Shown here: piece after piece, positions 18,205 to 28,670 of the stretch
Layout of the letters: every line of letters starts with the position of its first letter
How positions within the stretch are numbered: position 1 is the first letter of the stretch
DNA from: Candidatus Saccharimonadota bacterium
GTDB taxonomy: Bacteria; Patescibacteriota; Saccharimonadia; Saccharimonadales; Saccharimonadaceae
NCBI GenBank assembly: GCA_017433245.1
Contig: JAFRHO010000005.1
Coordinates: forward strand, 27,183-91,182
Reading direction: 5' to 3'
Length of the DNA: 64,000 bases
Position numbers and translations under genes: made by a program
The notes under the pieces: generated by a model
Told to the model about the DNA's origin: nothing
Database searches by the model: none
Seen by the model: the letters and a program-made list of their open reading frames with translations, nothing else

Positions 18205-19683
18205 ATGTTACTTGAAGATTATCGAAACGAAAGATTAAGAAAACTTGAAGAGATACGGGGGAAGGGCATAGAGCCTTATCCTTCTGTGACTGGGCGAAAT
18301 ACCAACATTTCTGATGTAGTCAATCATTTTGATGAGAAACAAGGCCAGGAAGTATGTGTGGCGGGACGTATTGTGGCGATTCGTTCGTTTGGTAAGTTGG
18401 TCTTCCTGAAAGTGCGGGACTATTCAGGTGACGTGCAAGTTTTCATGCGTGCAGTACCGGAAGAAACTCCGGAAGGGCTGTTTGGCGCAAAGGACGTGCG
18501 TCTGCTTGATACTGGCGACTTCATTGAGGCAAGAGGAGCCGTTGATAAAACGCAGACAGGTGAGATTTCGGTGTTTTGTAATTTTGTGAAACTGCTTACG
18601 AAGACACTGAGACCTCTGCCGGAGAAATTTACAAATAAAGAAGAACGCTACCGTCGACGTTATGTTGATATGAACGTGAACCCGGAGGTACGCGAGAGAT
18701 TGGTGAGACGTTCGAAATTCTGGCAGGCAACGCGAGATTATATGAATTCGCATGGATTTATCGAGATTAATATTCCGGTATTGGAACACACTACTGGTGG
18801 AGCAGATGCGCAGCCATTCGTGACGCATATGAATGCCTTGGATGAGGATTATTACCTACGTATTTCGCACGAGTTACCACTGAAGCGGTTACTAGGTGGT
18901 GGATTCGAGAAGGTTTATGATATCGGACCGAGGTTTCGTAATGAAGGCGTCGATGATGAACATTTGCCAGAGCATATTGCATTTGAGGCGTATGCAGCAT
19001 ATGAGAATTATGAAGATGGCATGAAGTTTTACGAAGAGATGATTAAGTACGTCGCCAAAGAGACGTGGGGAACCCTGAAGTTCAACGTGGGTGGATTCGA
19101 GATTGATTTAGACTGCGAGTGGCCACGTTATAAATATGCTGATTTGCTACGTGATAAATTCGACGTGGATGTGTTCGATCCAAACCGAGAGCAATTAATC
19201 CAGGTCCTACTAGAGAATTGGGAATCTAAGGACTTGAGGCGAGAGGAATTCGTAAAGAAACTAGAGAATACTTCTACACCACATTTGATTGATGACGTGT
19301 GGAAATTGATTCGGAAAACTTCGGCTGGGCCGTATTGGGTAATTGAGGAACCTTTGTCACTCTCACCCCTAGCGAAGAAGTCAACTGACAACCCGTTAGT
19401 AACGGAGCGGTTCCATCCGATTATTGCTGGTACCGAGATGGGTAATGGGTTCTCAGAGCTGAATGACCCGCTTGATCAATTGGCTAGATTCCAAGAACAA
19501 CAGGCGGCACGCGATGCGGGTGATGCGGAAGCGCAGATGCTCGATGTCGATTTCGTCGAGATGTTAGAATACGGCATGCCACCGGCGTGTGGTTGGGGCA
19601 ATTCGGAAAGGAATTTCTGGCTGCTCGAGGGAGTATCTGGGCGCGAGGCAGTACCGTTCCCATTGATTAAGAGTAAAGAGTAA
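18205..19683 (+). CDS. lysS: Lysine--tRNA ligase class II
   Basis: RYRRRYVDM, GGADAQPFVTH, YLRISHEL.LKRL, FRNEG, GNGFSELNDP, EYGMPP. Confidence 0.97.
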   Translation: MLLEDYRNERLRKLEEIRGKGIEPYPSVTGRNTNISDVVNHFDEKQGQEVCVAGRIVAIRSFGKLVFLKVRDYSGDVQVFMRAVPEETPEGLFGAKDVRLLDTGDFIEARGAVDKTQTGEISVFCNFVKLLTKTLRPLPEKFTNKEERYRRRYVDMNVNPEVRERLVRRSKFWQATRDYMNSHGFIEINIPVLEHTTGGADAQPFVTHMNALDEDYYLRISHELPLKRLLGGGFEKVYDIGPRFRNEGVDDEHLPEHIAFEAYAAYENYEDGMKFYEEMIKYVAKETWGTLKFNVGGFEIDLDCEWPRYKYADLLRDKFDVDVFDPNREQLIQVLLENWESKDLRREEFVKKLENTSTPHLIDDVWKLIRKTSAGPYWVIEEPLSLSPLAKKSTDNPLVTERFHPIIAGTEMGNGFSELNDPLDQLARFQEQQAARDAGDAEAQMLDVDFVEMLEYGMPPACGWGNSERNFWLLEGVSGREAVPFPLIKSKE

Positions 19684-19693
19684 TAATTTAGAT

Positions 19694-19737
19694 AAACCGT
19701 GAATAAATGCTAAAATGCTGTTCTTTTCACGGTTTTT
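19694..19737. terminator. Large-loop hairpin between convergent lysS and the DUF167 gene
   Basis: AAACCGTGAA...TTCACGGTTT followed by TT. Confidence 0.6.
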
Positions 19738-19749
19738 ATGTTTTTTCGA

Positions 19750-19968
19750 TTAGAATTCAATAATCTTAGTGCGCGACTTGGCGCCACGAGTGATGTTAAT
19801 TGAGGTTTTTGGGATATTGAAATGTTTTGAGAGGAGTTTAATAAGTGTAGCGTTAGCCTCGCCATCGTGAGGCTTGGCGCGGAGATAGATAATGAGTTCG
19901 CCTGGAGCGGATTCGACAATTTTTTCTTGCGTAGAGCCGGGTTTGACGGTGATGATATATTTATTCAT
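19750..19968 (-). CDS. DUF167 (YggU-like) protein
   Basis: VKPGS...AKPHDGEANATLIKLLSKHF.IPK..I.I.RG.KSR.K. Confidence 0.92.
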   Translation of the reverse strand: MNKYIITVKPGSTQEKIVESAPGELIIYLRAKPHDGEANATLIKLLSKHFNIPKTSINITRGAKSRTKIIEF

Positions 19969-20067
19969 AACACCATTATAACAGGAAGCCGCTCTTGACC
20001 CAAATAAGCGATGGTGGTATTATTATAGTGACGCAACGGGCGTGGAATTAATTTTGGAATAAAAAAC

Positions 20068-20787
20068 GTGAGTCAAAGTTCAGTACAACTACGAGATAGC
20101 TATCAAGTTTTTTTGGGCGAGAACTATAGTGGATTAAAGCTAGCGAGGCTAGTTTCTTTTGGCTGTTTTAAACGCGGTTTTGATCTTACGGTAGCATCGG
20201 TTTCACTTATTCTATTATCACCTTTGTTTTTGATAGTGGCCGGAGCGATTAAATTAGACAGTCCTGGACCAGTATTTTTCCGTCAGAAACGAACTGGCAA
20301 AAAAGGAAAAATATTCAACATGTACAAATTCCGCAGTATGGTGGCAGATAATGATATCCGGGACGCAACATGCAACGATAAATATACGCGCGTTGGCAAA
20401 TTCATTCGACGTACTTCGATTGACGAATTGCCACAATTAATTAATGTGGTACGGGGACAGATGTCATTTATCGGCCCGAGACCATGGATTGTGGAGTATT
20501 GGGAAAACATGAACGAAATTGAACGTGGTAGAGCAGCAGTACGGCCTGGCATCACGGGTCTCGCGGCGGCGAAGGGGCGCAATGGCTTGAATGTATTTGA
20601 GAAAATTGGGTACGATTTGGAATATGTGCGGAACTTTTCCTTCAGACAAGATGTAAAGGTAGTCTTCCTAACTATCGGTACGGTACTAAAAGGCGATGAG
20701 GTGGACGCTGGAAAGGGGAGAATCCACGACGATATTAAAGATTTAAAGAAGCGAAATAAGAGGGAAGCCACAAAGCTTAAGGGCTAA
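20068..20787 (+). CDS. Priming sugar phosphotransferase (bacterial sugar transferase family)
   Basis: KRGFDL, DSPGPVFFRQ.R.G, YKFRSM, RRTSIDELPQL, MSFIGPRP, RPGITG. Confidence 0.94.
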   Translation: MSQSSVQLRDSYQVFLGENYSGLKLARLVSFGCFKRGFDLTVASVSLILLSPLFLIVAGAIKLDSPGPVFFRQKRTGKKGKIFNMYKFRSMVADNDIRDATCNDKYTRVGKFIRRTSIDELPQLINVVRGQMSFIGPRPWIVEYWENMNEIERGRAAVRPGITGLAAAKGRNGLNVFEKIGYDLEYVRNFSFRQDVKVVFLTIGTVLKGDEVDAGKGRIHDDIKDLKKRNKREATKLKG

Positions 20788-20899
20788 AGCATGAGCGAAT
20801 TTCGGTTGACCTTTTGGCCAAAATGGGGTATAATTTAAGTATAAGAAAAACTGGCGCATGTGGAGCGTTGGTTGCTGAAAAAAGGAAACAACTGCGACA

Positions 20900-22018
20900 A
20901 TGTCTAACAAAACTATCTTGATGATTGCACCGAAGACAGATACCTTCGTGAATTTTCGCGGGGATTTAATTCGGGATATTCGGAAGAAAGGTTACAATGT
21001 CACAGTAGTCGTACCAGAAAATGATTGTCGGGAGTTTTTTGAGAAGAATGGCGTAAAGGTACGACTGATTAATCTTGATAAGAATTCTTTTTCATTATTT
21101 AATACCTCTAATTACTATAAAAATTTGAAGAAGATTATTGAGGAGGAAAAGCCAGACAAGGTGTTTTCCTACACGATTAAGCCAGTGATTTTTGGATCTC
21201 TGGCGGCGAAGAAGGCCGGCGTAGAGGAAATCTATTCACTGATATGCGGTCTAGGGATGTTGTTTAGTTCAAATTCTTTGAAAGTTAGACTAATCCGAAG
21301 CGGAGTTGGAGTACTATATAAGCGTGCATTAAAATGCAATACTAGAGTGATTTTTCAAAATATTGATGACGTGAAGGAATTTGTTAAGCGAGGCTATGTC
21401 AAGAAGGAACAATGCAGGTTGGTCAATGGCTCTGGTGTAAACCTAAAGAAATTCGTGCGCAACGAGTTGCCTAGCGGCAATTTATCGTTTTTGATGGTGT
21501 CGCGTGTTCTGAGAGAAAAGGGCGTAATGGAGTATCTTAAAGCGGCGAGCATAGTTAAGAACCAGTACCCTGAAGTTACTTTTAGATATATCGGGCCAAT
21601 TGATAAGAATAAAAATGCCCTGAGCATGAAAGCCATAAAACCATACGTAGAAGATGGAACCGTTGATTATATCGCTAAAACTGATAACGTTGCGAAGTAT
21701 ATATCGAAATGTGACGTGTTCGTATTACCATCGTATTACCGAGAGGGAATCCCGAAAACTCTGATTGAAGCAACCGCAATGGGACGACCGATTCTTACGA
21801 CTAATACACCTGGCTGCAAAGAGACAGTAGTTGAAGGAGAAAATGGGTTCTTCGTAAAAGTGAAGCACACCGATGATTTGGCTAAAAAAATGGTTTGGAT
21901 GATAGAGCACCGTGATGAATTGCGGGCGATGGGGGATAAATCATATAAGATGTGCCTTGAGAAGTTTACGATTGAGAAGATTGACAAGCGGATGATGGAT
22001 ATAATGGAGGTTAAATAA
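20900..22018 (+). CDS. Glycosyltransferase family 4 (CapM/PglA-like)
   Basis: NFRGDLI, SYTIKPVIFG, FQNIDD, NGSGV, LPSYYREGIPK..IEA.AMGRP. Confidence 0.92.
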   Translation: MSNKTILMIAPKTDTFVNFRGDLIRDIRKKGYNVTVVVPENDCREFFEKNGVKVRLINLDKNSFSLFNTSNYYKNLKKIIEEEKPDKVFSYTIKPVIFGSLAAKKAGVEEIYSLICGLGMLFSSNSLKVRLIRSGVGVLYKRALKCNTRVIFQNIDDVKEFVKRGYVKKEQCRLVNGSGVNLKKFVRNELPSGNLSFLMVSRVLREKGVMEYLKAASIVKNQYPEVTFRYIGPIDKNKNALSMKAIKPYVEDGTVDYIAKTDNVAKYISKCDVFVLPSYYREGIPKTLIEATAMGRPILTTNTPGCKETVVEGENGFFVKVKHTDDLAKKMVWMIEHRDELRAMGDKSYKMCLEKFTIEKIDKRMMDIMEVK

Positions 22019-22019
22019 G

Positions 22020-22529
22020 ATGTATACAATCATATCTAATTTGGAAAAAGCGGCTAGGGGGTCTAAGACATTTTGTAAACTCTTGTATTATAAAATGAAA
22101 TATGGCGATAGGCTAAAACTTGGAAAGAATGTGCATTTTAGGAAAGGTTTTATAATCAACATCGCTAAAAACGGACGATTGGAGATTGGTGATGGAACAT
22201 TTTTCAACAATTATTGCTCGATTAACTGTCATGATGAAATTGTTATAGGTAAGAATAATTTATTTGGTGAAGGTGTAAAACTCTACGATCATAATCACGT
22301 TTTTAATGATAAATCTGTTGATATGAAAAAAGCATTTAAGCGTGGTTCAATTAGAATTGGAGATAGAAACTGGTTTGGGAGCAATGTAGTTATTCTAAGT
22401 AAAGCAAAAGTTGGCGATAATAATGTATTTGGTGCAAATGCGGTGATTAATTCGGAGTACGGGTCAGACACTATCGTAAAAGTGAATAATAAGTTGGACG
22501 TCGACGAAATACGTTATAAGGTGGAATGA
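22020..22529 (+). CDS. Hexapeptide-repeat (LbH) O-acyltransferase
   Basis: LEIGDGTFFN, IVIGKNNLFG..V..YDHNH, IRIGDRNWFG repeats. Confidence 0.88.
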   Translation: MYTIISNLEKAARGSKTFCKLLYYKMKYGDRLKLGKNVHFRKGFIINIAKNGRLEIGDGTFFNNYCSINCHDEIVIGKNNLFGEGVKLYDHNHVFNDKSVDMKKAFKRGSIRIGDRNWFGSNVVILSKAKVGDNNVFGANAVINSEYGSDTIVKVNNKLDVDEIRYKVE

Positions 22530-22530
22530 G

Positions 22531-23667
22531 ATGACCGATTATATGGTTTTCATAATTACAGAAGTGAGAGTCTATAAAGTTAGCGACCACGTATATGCTG
22601 ATGCTTCTTTTGCGAAAATTCTTGAAAGATATCATAGAAATTTTAAGAAGATTGTTTTAGCTACAAGAATTATAGATGAGACTAAAAAACGAAATGGGTA
22701 TGTTCAGATTGACGATTATTGTTGTTGCTTTGATAATATAGGCTCGATAGGACGATTTTTGACGAAGAAAACTTCTCCTGGAATCATTAAACATGTAAGG
22801 GAATCAGGTCTGGTCATAATGAGATTGCCGTCATTAGTTTCTTTGAAAATTAACCGGTTGATGAAAAAAAACTCCAAGCACAATATGGTTGAGGTTATGG
22901 GGTGTGCATGGGACGCTTATTGGAACCACGGGATTGTTGGAAAAGTGATTGCTCCTTTTATGTTTTTTAAAACTCGAAGTATAGTGAAAAAAGCCGATTA
23001 CTGTGTTTATGTAACGCAGGCTTTTCTGCAAAGAAGATACCCAAATAACAACAAAACGATAGGTCTTTCCAATGTTGACATAGAGTCAGTGGAAAAACCA
23101 AAAGACTATAGCCATTTTGATAGCAAGAACTTTACCATGATGACTGCGGCTGCATTGGACGTATATTATAAGGGTCAGCAATATGTAATAAAGGCAATAA
23201 GTAAGCTCAAAAAGAAGTACGGCATCAATGTGAAATACTATCTCGCAGGGAAGGGAAATAGTGTAGAACTAAAAAGTGTAGCAAAAAAATATGGAGTTGA
23301 ACAAAATGTGATTATTTTAGGAATGTTACCACACACAGAATTACATAAGTATATGAGGCAGACAGATATCTATATTCAACCCAGTTTACAAGAAGGTTTA
23401 CCGCGTTCATTAATCGAAGCAATGAGTTGCGGGTGTGTTTGTCTCGGTAGCAACATCGCTGGTATTCCAGAGCTTCTGGATGATGATCAATTGTTTAAGG
23501 CAGGGAAGACTGCTTCGATGATTCATGCAATACTAGACACAATCTCATCAAATGCTTTGTCGGAAAAAAGTAAAAGAAATAGCGACAAGGCAAAAGCATA
23601 CTTGAATGATGAATTAGAAAACAAGAGAGATTCTTTCTTGCAAATGATAGTGAGGGAGACTAAATGA
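22531..23667 (+). CDS. Glycosyltransferase family 4
   Basis: YKGQQYVI, DIYIQPSLQEGLPRSLIEAMS.G, GIPELL. Confidence 0.92.
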   Translation: MTDYMVFIITEVRVYKVSDHVYADASFAKILERYHRNFKKIVLATRIIDETKKRNGYVQIDDYCCCFDNIGSIGRFLTKKTSPGIIKHVRESGLVIMRLPSLVSLKINRLMKKNSKHNMVEVMGCAWDAYWNHGIVGKVIAPFMFFKTRSIVKKADYCVYVTQAFLQRRYPNNNKTIGLSNVDIESVEKPKDYSHFDSKNFTMMTAAALDVYYKGQQYVIKAISKLKKKYGINVKYYLAGKGNSVELKSVAKKYGVEQNVIILGMLPHTELHKYMRQTDIYIQPSLQEGLPRSLIEAMSCGCVCLGSNIAGIPELLDDDQLFKAGKTASMIHAILDTISSNALSEKSKRNSDKAKAYLNDELENKRDSFLQMIVRETK

Positions 23668-24971
23668 GTAGGGCCCTAAAAGAAATTGACGGTAGAGTAA
23701 TTCTGTATCCATGTTTAATCTTTTTAAGCATATTGTTATTATTGTTTAACAATCTCTATTGTTTTGTTACTATCAATGTCGTCTTAGTTTTCTTGTTGGT
23801 ATTCTTGATGAAGTATGATATGAAAAACCCGGCCTTGTTATGGACGACCATCTTTATACTGTATCAAATATCGTATCCTATTTTAAACTCTTTAGGCATA
23901 AAGGTATTTGAGTTTTGTTCTCTTAACTCGCATTATTACTTGTTTAGTTGGGTCGCAACAGTTTCTTTCTTGGTTTTCTACGGATCATTTAAGAACGTTT
24001 CTTATTCTAATCATAAAATAAAGATGGAGCTGAACACGTATTTTTTGAAAATACTTTATGCGGTTTTGCTACTCTTATGCATAGGTTCCTCGTTATATAT
24101 TATCGCAAATGGTTATCAAAGCAAATACGAACTGGCGAGTTCTTCTAATATTATTCTGAGCATAGGTAATATGGCCTATATAGCTCTCGGTATTCTGCCA
24201 ATGTTTTTTGCTTTTTCCGACAAGACGAGTAGAAAAGAAAAGATTGCTATTGCTATCATAACATTCTTAATAATGTTGCTTGGAATGTTCACTTACGGTG
24301 AGAGGAGTTACGTTTTTAATTATATACTTGTAATGATGATATGCTATTCTGTTCTGAGAAGAGTTACGATTAAAAAACTAGCATTTATAGTAGTCAGTGT
24401 TGTATTATTCTTTTCGGTTTCTTCATCATTAAAAATGCTATTTACCAGCACTTCGTATTCTAACAGTAGCAATAGTAATGAAGGTATCATCGTTTCGTTC
24501 CTTAATTCAGACTTCGCATCAGCTGGATTTAATTTTAATTATCTATTAAATAAAGATGCTGGTGGTGTTCTAGGTGGAAGATCTTATGTTTATGATTTAT
24601 TAAGTCCGCTAGATGGCGTTATAGATCTAAGCAGTTTTAGTTCGACAAAATGGTACACGAATCAGTATTGGGGGACTAGAAAAACCGGACTGGGGTTTTC
24701 CATTATTGGAGAAGGTTATGTTAATTTTGGTTTCTTTGGCATAGTATTGCAGATGGCGATTATTGCCAGAATGCTTAAATACTTTTACCTCAGAAGCAGT
24801 AAAAATGGCTATTATTTTATTATCTACACGGGCCTATTAGCCTTATCGGCATATTCTTGTAGACAGGCCTTAGGTAATATAATAAGCCCATGGGTTAAGT
24901 ACTATGTCCTGATGACTTTTCTGATATTATTTGTCAATAAGCTGATTGTCAGCAAGAAGGCGAGCGTATGA
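23664..24971 (+). CDS. wzy: Polysaccharide polymerase Wzy (putative)
   Basis: About 10-11 TM helices, GERS motif, large loop, GLGFSIIGEGYVNFGFFG; locus context. Confidence 0.8.
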   Translation: MSRALKEIDGRVILYPCLIFLSILLLLFNNLYCFVTINVVLVFLLVFLMKYDMKNPALLWTTIFILYQISYPILNSLGIKVFEFCSLNSHYYLFSWVATVSFLVFYGSFKNVSYSNHKIKMELNTYFLKILYAVLLLLCIGSSLYIIANGYQSKYELASSSNIILSIGNMAYIALGILPMFFAFSDKTSRKEKIAIAIITFLIMLLGMFTYGERSYVFNYILVMMICYSVLRRVTIKKLAFIVVSVVLFFSVSSSLKMLFTSTSYSNSSNSNEGIIVSFLNSDFASAGFNFNYLLNKDAGGVLGGRSYVYDLLSPLDGVIDLSSFSSTKWYTNQYWGTRKTGLGFSIIGEGYVNFGFFGIVLQMAIIARMLKYFYLRSSKNGYYFIIYTGLLALSAYSCRQALGNIISPWVKYYVLMTFLILFVNKLIVSKKASV

Positions 24972-26239
24972 AAAAGAATATATTGAAGAACGATTATTTT
25001 CTATCGTTATGTAGTAAGTTTTTTATAATGTTTTTTGGTTTTATCTCCTTAATTTTTTTGAATAGATTTCTCGGTACGACACTGAAGGGTGAGTATTCCT
25101 CAATTCTGAATTATGTTACCATCGCTTCGGCAATCTTGCAGTTTGGTATTTCTATGATTTATCCGCGCTTTAAGCGCAGAAATATAAAGAACTGTTACGA
25201 AATCTTTATTTCTTTGTCGCTAATCCAGGCACTCATCTATACAGTTATTTCGATTGCGCTGATAATGATATTTGATTTACAAATTGATGGTATATTCGTT
25301 TGCATCATATCCACGGTTTCAGTTCTAACTACACAATTGCGTTATATTAATCTTGTTGAGAATATGAGAAGAAACACCTTTGTCGTTTTTGCTATGTCGG
25401 TGTGTAATTGTGTCGCTACTGTTTTAGCTTTTTTGTTCTTGGAGAGCAACCTAATAACAGCATTGTTGATTTATATTCTTAAGGATTGCGTAATAGTTTT
25501 CCTTTATGCGATTAGGATTGATTATTCGCAATTATTTAAAAAACGATATGCGAAGTATTATCTTTCAATTCTAAAAGAAGGTTTCTTACCAATGCTTTCT
25601 GGTCTACTAATAATGTTGAATTATAAAGTTGATATAGTTATGCTCGATTCATACTCAGTGGCTTATAGTGCAATTGGTATTTATTCTTTGGGGCTTTCTA
25701 TTTCAGAATACGTGTGGGTGATTCCGGATATCTTTAAGGATGTGGTACAAAAACGGACTGCTAAGGGGAATCCAATAGAAACTGTTAATTTTTCTTTACG
25801 ATGCTCATCTACTTTTGTAATCTTTGCTTTTATCGTCCTGGGATTATTGAATAAGAACTTATTCATAATGCTATTTGGTGAAGAGTTCGCTGATTCGTTT
25901 ACTCTCACAATGATTCTGCTTGTTGGAGCATATAGCATGGTTTATTATAAGATAATTGGACAGCTGTTTATTAGCGATGGAAAGTCAAAACAGTATTTTA
26001 TTGTATTATTGATTGGGGTGTTGGCAAATGTTGTGATTAACTGCCTCACAATCCCATATTACGGAATTTATGGCGCTTCAATTGCTTCGGTGGTTTCTTA
26101 TAATGGTATAGGGATTGTGTTTTTATCTTTGTATCTTAAGTACTATACTGTAAAATTAAAAGATGTTCTATTGATCAGAAAGACTGACATCTTGAAATTC
26201 AAACTACTCATAAAAAAGAAAGAGGAAGAAATACAATAA
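24968..26239 (+). CDS. wzx: Oligosaccharide flippase Wzx
   Basis: RFLG...KGEYS, LNYKVDIVML, IGIYSLG, LFGEEF, IPYYGIYGASIAS. Confidence 0.88.
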   Translation: MKKNILKNDYFLSLCSKFFIMFFGFISLIFLNRFLGTTLKGEYSSILNYVTIASAILQFGISMIYPRFKRRNIKNCYEIFISLSLIQALIYTVISIALIMIFDLQIDGIFVCIISTVSVLTTQLRYINLVENMRRNTFVVFAMSVCNCVATVLAFLFLESNLITALLIYILKDCVIVFLYAIRIDYSQLFKKRYAKYYLSILKEGFLPMLSGLLIMLNYKVDIVMLDSYSVAYSAIGIYSLGLSISEYVWVIPDIFKDVVQKRTAKGNPIETVNFSLRCSSTFVIFAFIVLGLLNKNLFIMLFGEEFADSFTLTMILLVGAYSMVYYKIIGQLFISDGKSKQYFIVLLIGVLANVVINCLTIPYYGIYGASIASVVSYNGIGIVFLSLYLKYYTVKLKDVLLIRKTDILKFKLLIKKKEEEIQ

Positions 26240-26259
26240 TACTCTTATAAATGAGCAAT

Positions 26260-26310
26260 AAAAAATGTCCCCTAATCTTGCGACTAGGGTGGACGGGTAT
26301 TCCCGAATAT
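26260..26310 (-). ncRNA. Candidate ~50-nt small RNA (promoter directly followed by two hairpins and a U-tract)
   Basis: Minus-strand TTGACT (26345-26340)-17-TATAAT (26322-26317, TG-extended), then CGGG-AATA-CCCG and GTCC-AC-CCTAGTC-GCAA-GATTAGG-GGAC-ATTTTTT. Confidence 0.5.
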
Positions 26311-26368
26311 GATTTCATTATAGCATATGGTCTTGAAAAAGTCAAGAAACTGATGTATGATATATATT

Positions 26369-27418
26369 ATGGAAAAAATAGTTGATTTTGATGGAAAAGT
26401 TATACTTATTACTGGTGCAGCGGGATTTATCGGGTGGTATTTAGCAAAGAGGGTATGCGAGGAGAACCCTAAGGCTACGGTAATCGGGTTTGACAGTGTC
26501 AATGATTACTATGATGTAAAACTAAAAGAGTATCGCTTGAAAGATTTGGAGCAATACGATAATTTCGAGTTTATCAAGGGCAACTTAGCTGATAAGAAAG
26601 CCGTGGAGGAGGTATTTGAAAAATATCATCCCGAAATCGTGGTGAATTTAGCGGCGCAGGCGGGGGTGAGATATTCGATTGACCATCCGGACGCATATAT
26701 CGAAGCAAACTTAATTGGGTTCTATAATATCCTGGAAGCTTGTCGACATTATCCAGTGGAGCATTTGGTATATGCGTCTTCATCATCAGTGTATGGCGGC
26801 AATAAGAAGGTGCCGTTTGCAGTAGAAGATAAGGTCGACAATCCGGTTAGCCTATATGCCGCAACCAAGAAATCAAACGAACTCTTAGCACACGCGTATT
26901 CGAAACTATACAATATACCGTCAACGGGATTAAGATTCTTTACAGTGTATGGCCCGGCGGGGCGACCTGATATGGCATATTTTGGTTTCACCAATAAACT
27001 GATTAAGGGTGAGAAGATCCAGATTTTTAATTTCGGTAATTGCAAACGTGATTTTACCTACATCGACGACATCGTAGAGGGTGTAATGCGCGTGATGGCT
27101 GGTGCGCCAAAGAAAAAACAGGGTGAAGATGGCTTGCCACTTGCGCCATATGCTGTATACAATATCGGCAATTCTAATCCCGAGAATTTGCTAGACTTTG
27201 TGCAGATTTTGCAAGAAGAGTTGATTCGCGCAGGGGTGCTGCCAGAAGATTATGATTTCGAGGCACATAAGGAACTCGTGCCAATGCAGCCGGGTGATGT
27301 GCCGGTGACTTATGCCGATACTTCGGCACTCGAACGAGACTTTGGGTTCAAGCCGCACACATCGCTACGTGAAGGATTAAGAAAGTTTGCAGAGTGGTAC
27401 AAAAGCTTTTATGCTTAG
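26369..27418 (+). CDS. NAD-dependent epimerase, UDP-glucuronate 4-epimerase-like
   Basis: ITGAAGFIG, NLAAQAGVRYS, YASSSSVYG, SLYAATKK, RFFTVYGP.GRPDMA, MQPGDV. Confidence 0.93.
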   Translation: MEKIVDFDGKVILITGAAGFIGWYLAKRVCEENPKATVIGFDSVNDYYDVKLKEYRLKDLEQYDNFEFIKGNLADKKAVEEVFEKYHPEIVVNLAAQAGVRYSIDHPDAYIEANLIGFYNILEACRHYPVEHLVYASSSSVYGGNKKVPFAVEDKVDNPVSLYAATKKSNELLAHAYSKLYNIPSTGLRFFTVYGPAGRPDMAYFGFTNKLIKGEKIQIFNFGNCKRDFTYIDDIVEGVMRVMAGAPKKKQGEDGLPLAPYAVYNIGNSNPENLLDFVQILQEELIRAGVLPEDYDFEAHKELVPMQPGDVPVTYADTSALERDFGFKPHTSLREGLRKFAEWYKSFYA

Positions 27419-27472
27419 TTGACCAAATGGCTTTGATAAGTTATAATATATAGAATTAATTATGGAGTTATA

Positions 27473-28657
27473 ATGAAAATTGCAGTTGCTGGAACTGGTT
27501 ATGTAGGTTTGTCGCTCGCGACTTTGCTATCACAAAATCATGAAGTAGTGGCGCTTGATATCGTACCAGAGAAAGTCAAAATGGTGAATAGGTTCATTTC
27601 GCCAATTCGAGATGAATATATCGAAAAATATTTTGATGGTGCAGTGAATGGTGAACGAACTTTGAATTTAAAAGCAACCCTAGATTGGGAAGAGGCTTTC
27701 CGCGACGCAGATTATGTAATTATAGCAACCCCGACTGATTATGATGAGGAGAAAAATTATTTCAATACTAGTTCAGTAGAAGATATTATCGAGAAGGTAA
27801 TATCCCTAGATAACCCTAAAACTACCATGGTAGTTAAATCTACTATACCGGTTGGATATATTAATTCAATTCGACAGAAATATGATATTGATAATATTTT
27901 CTTCTCACCAGAATTCTTGCGCGAAGGTAAAGCGCTGTATGACAACTTATACCCGTCGCGTATTATCGTAGGTTCGTATTCGGAGGAGGCACAGACATTC
28001 GCGAAGCTATTACAAGAAGCGGCACTTGCTGACGACGTGCAAGTCCTAGCTATGGATAGCAAAGAGGCGGAAGCGGTAAAACTATTTGCGAATACTTATC
28101 TAGCACTGCGAGTGGCATATTTTAACGAATTGGACACCTATGCTGAAGTGAAAGGAATCAATCCAAAGAGTATTATTAACGGTATCTCGCTTGATCCACG
28201 CATCGGTACACACTACAATAACCCATCGTTTGGCTATGGTGGATACTGTTTACCGAAAGATACTAAGCAACTACTAGCGAATTACAAAGGCGTACCACAA
28301 GATTTGATTAAAGCGATTGTACAAGCAAATATTACGCGTAAGCAATTCATCGCGGATGAAGTAACTAAAAACAATCCGCAGTTAATAGGCATTTATCGCT
28401 TAACGATGAAGTCGGATTCGGACAATTTCCGTGATGCGGCGATTCGGGACGTAATTAAGAATATCAAGGCCAAAAACAAGAAAATGCTAATTTATGAGCC
28501 GATGTGGCAGAGTGATGAAATCAACGGTATCGAAGTGACGCATGATTTAAAAAGATTCAAAAAGGAGTGTTCGGTGATTCTAGCAAACCGCGTCGAACCA
28601 GAACTTGAGGATGTAAGAGATAAAGTTTACACGAGAGATTTATTCTCGCGTGATTAG
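27473..28657 (+). CDS. ugd: UDP-glucose 6-dehydrogenase
   Basis: [54 protein letters not shown]. Confidence 0.97.
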   Translation: MKIAVAGTGYVGLSLATLLSQNHEVVALDIVPEKVKMVNRFISPIRDEYIEKYFDGAVNGERTLNLKATLDWEEAFRDADYVIIATPTDYDEEKNYFNTSSVEDIIEKVISLDNPKTTMVVKSTIPVGYINSIRQKYDIDNIFFSPEFLREGKALYDNLYPSRIIVGSYSEEAQTFAKLLQEAALADDVQVLAMDSKEAEAVKLFANTYLALRVAYFNELDTYAEVKGINPKSIINGISLDPRIGTHYNNPSFGYGGYCLPKDTKQLLANYKGVPQDLIKAIVQANITRKQFIADEVTKNNPQLIGIYRLTMKSDSDNFRDAAIRDVIKNIKAKNKKMLIYEPMWQSDEINGIEVTHDLKRFKKECSVILANRVEPELEDVRDKVYTRDLFSRD

Positions 28658-28670
28658 AAAGGAGGCAAAA

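Noticed and set aside
19209-19269. 10-nt direct repeat ACTAGAGAAT 51 nt apart in lysS
   Set aside because: Explained by the repeated peptide LEN; too short to claim a target-site duplication.
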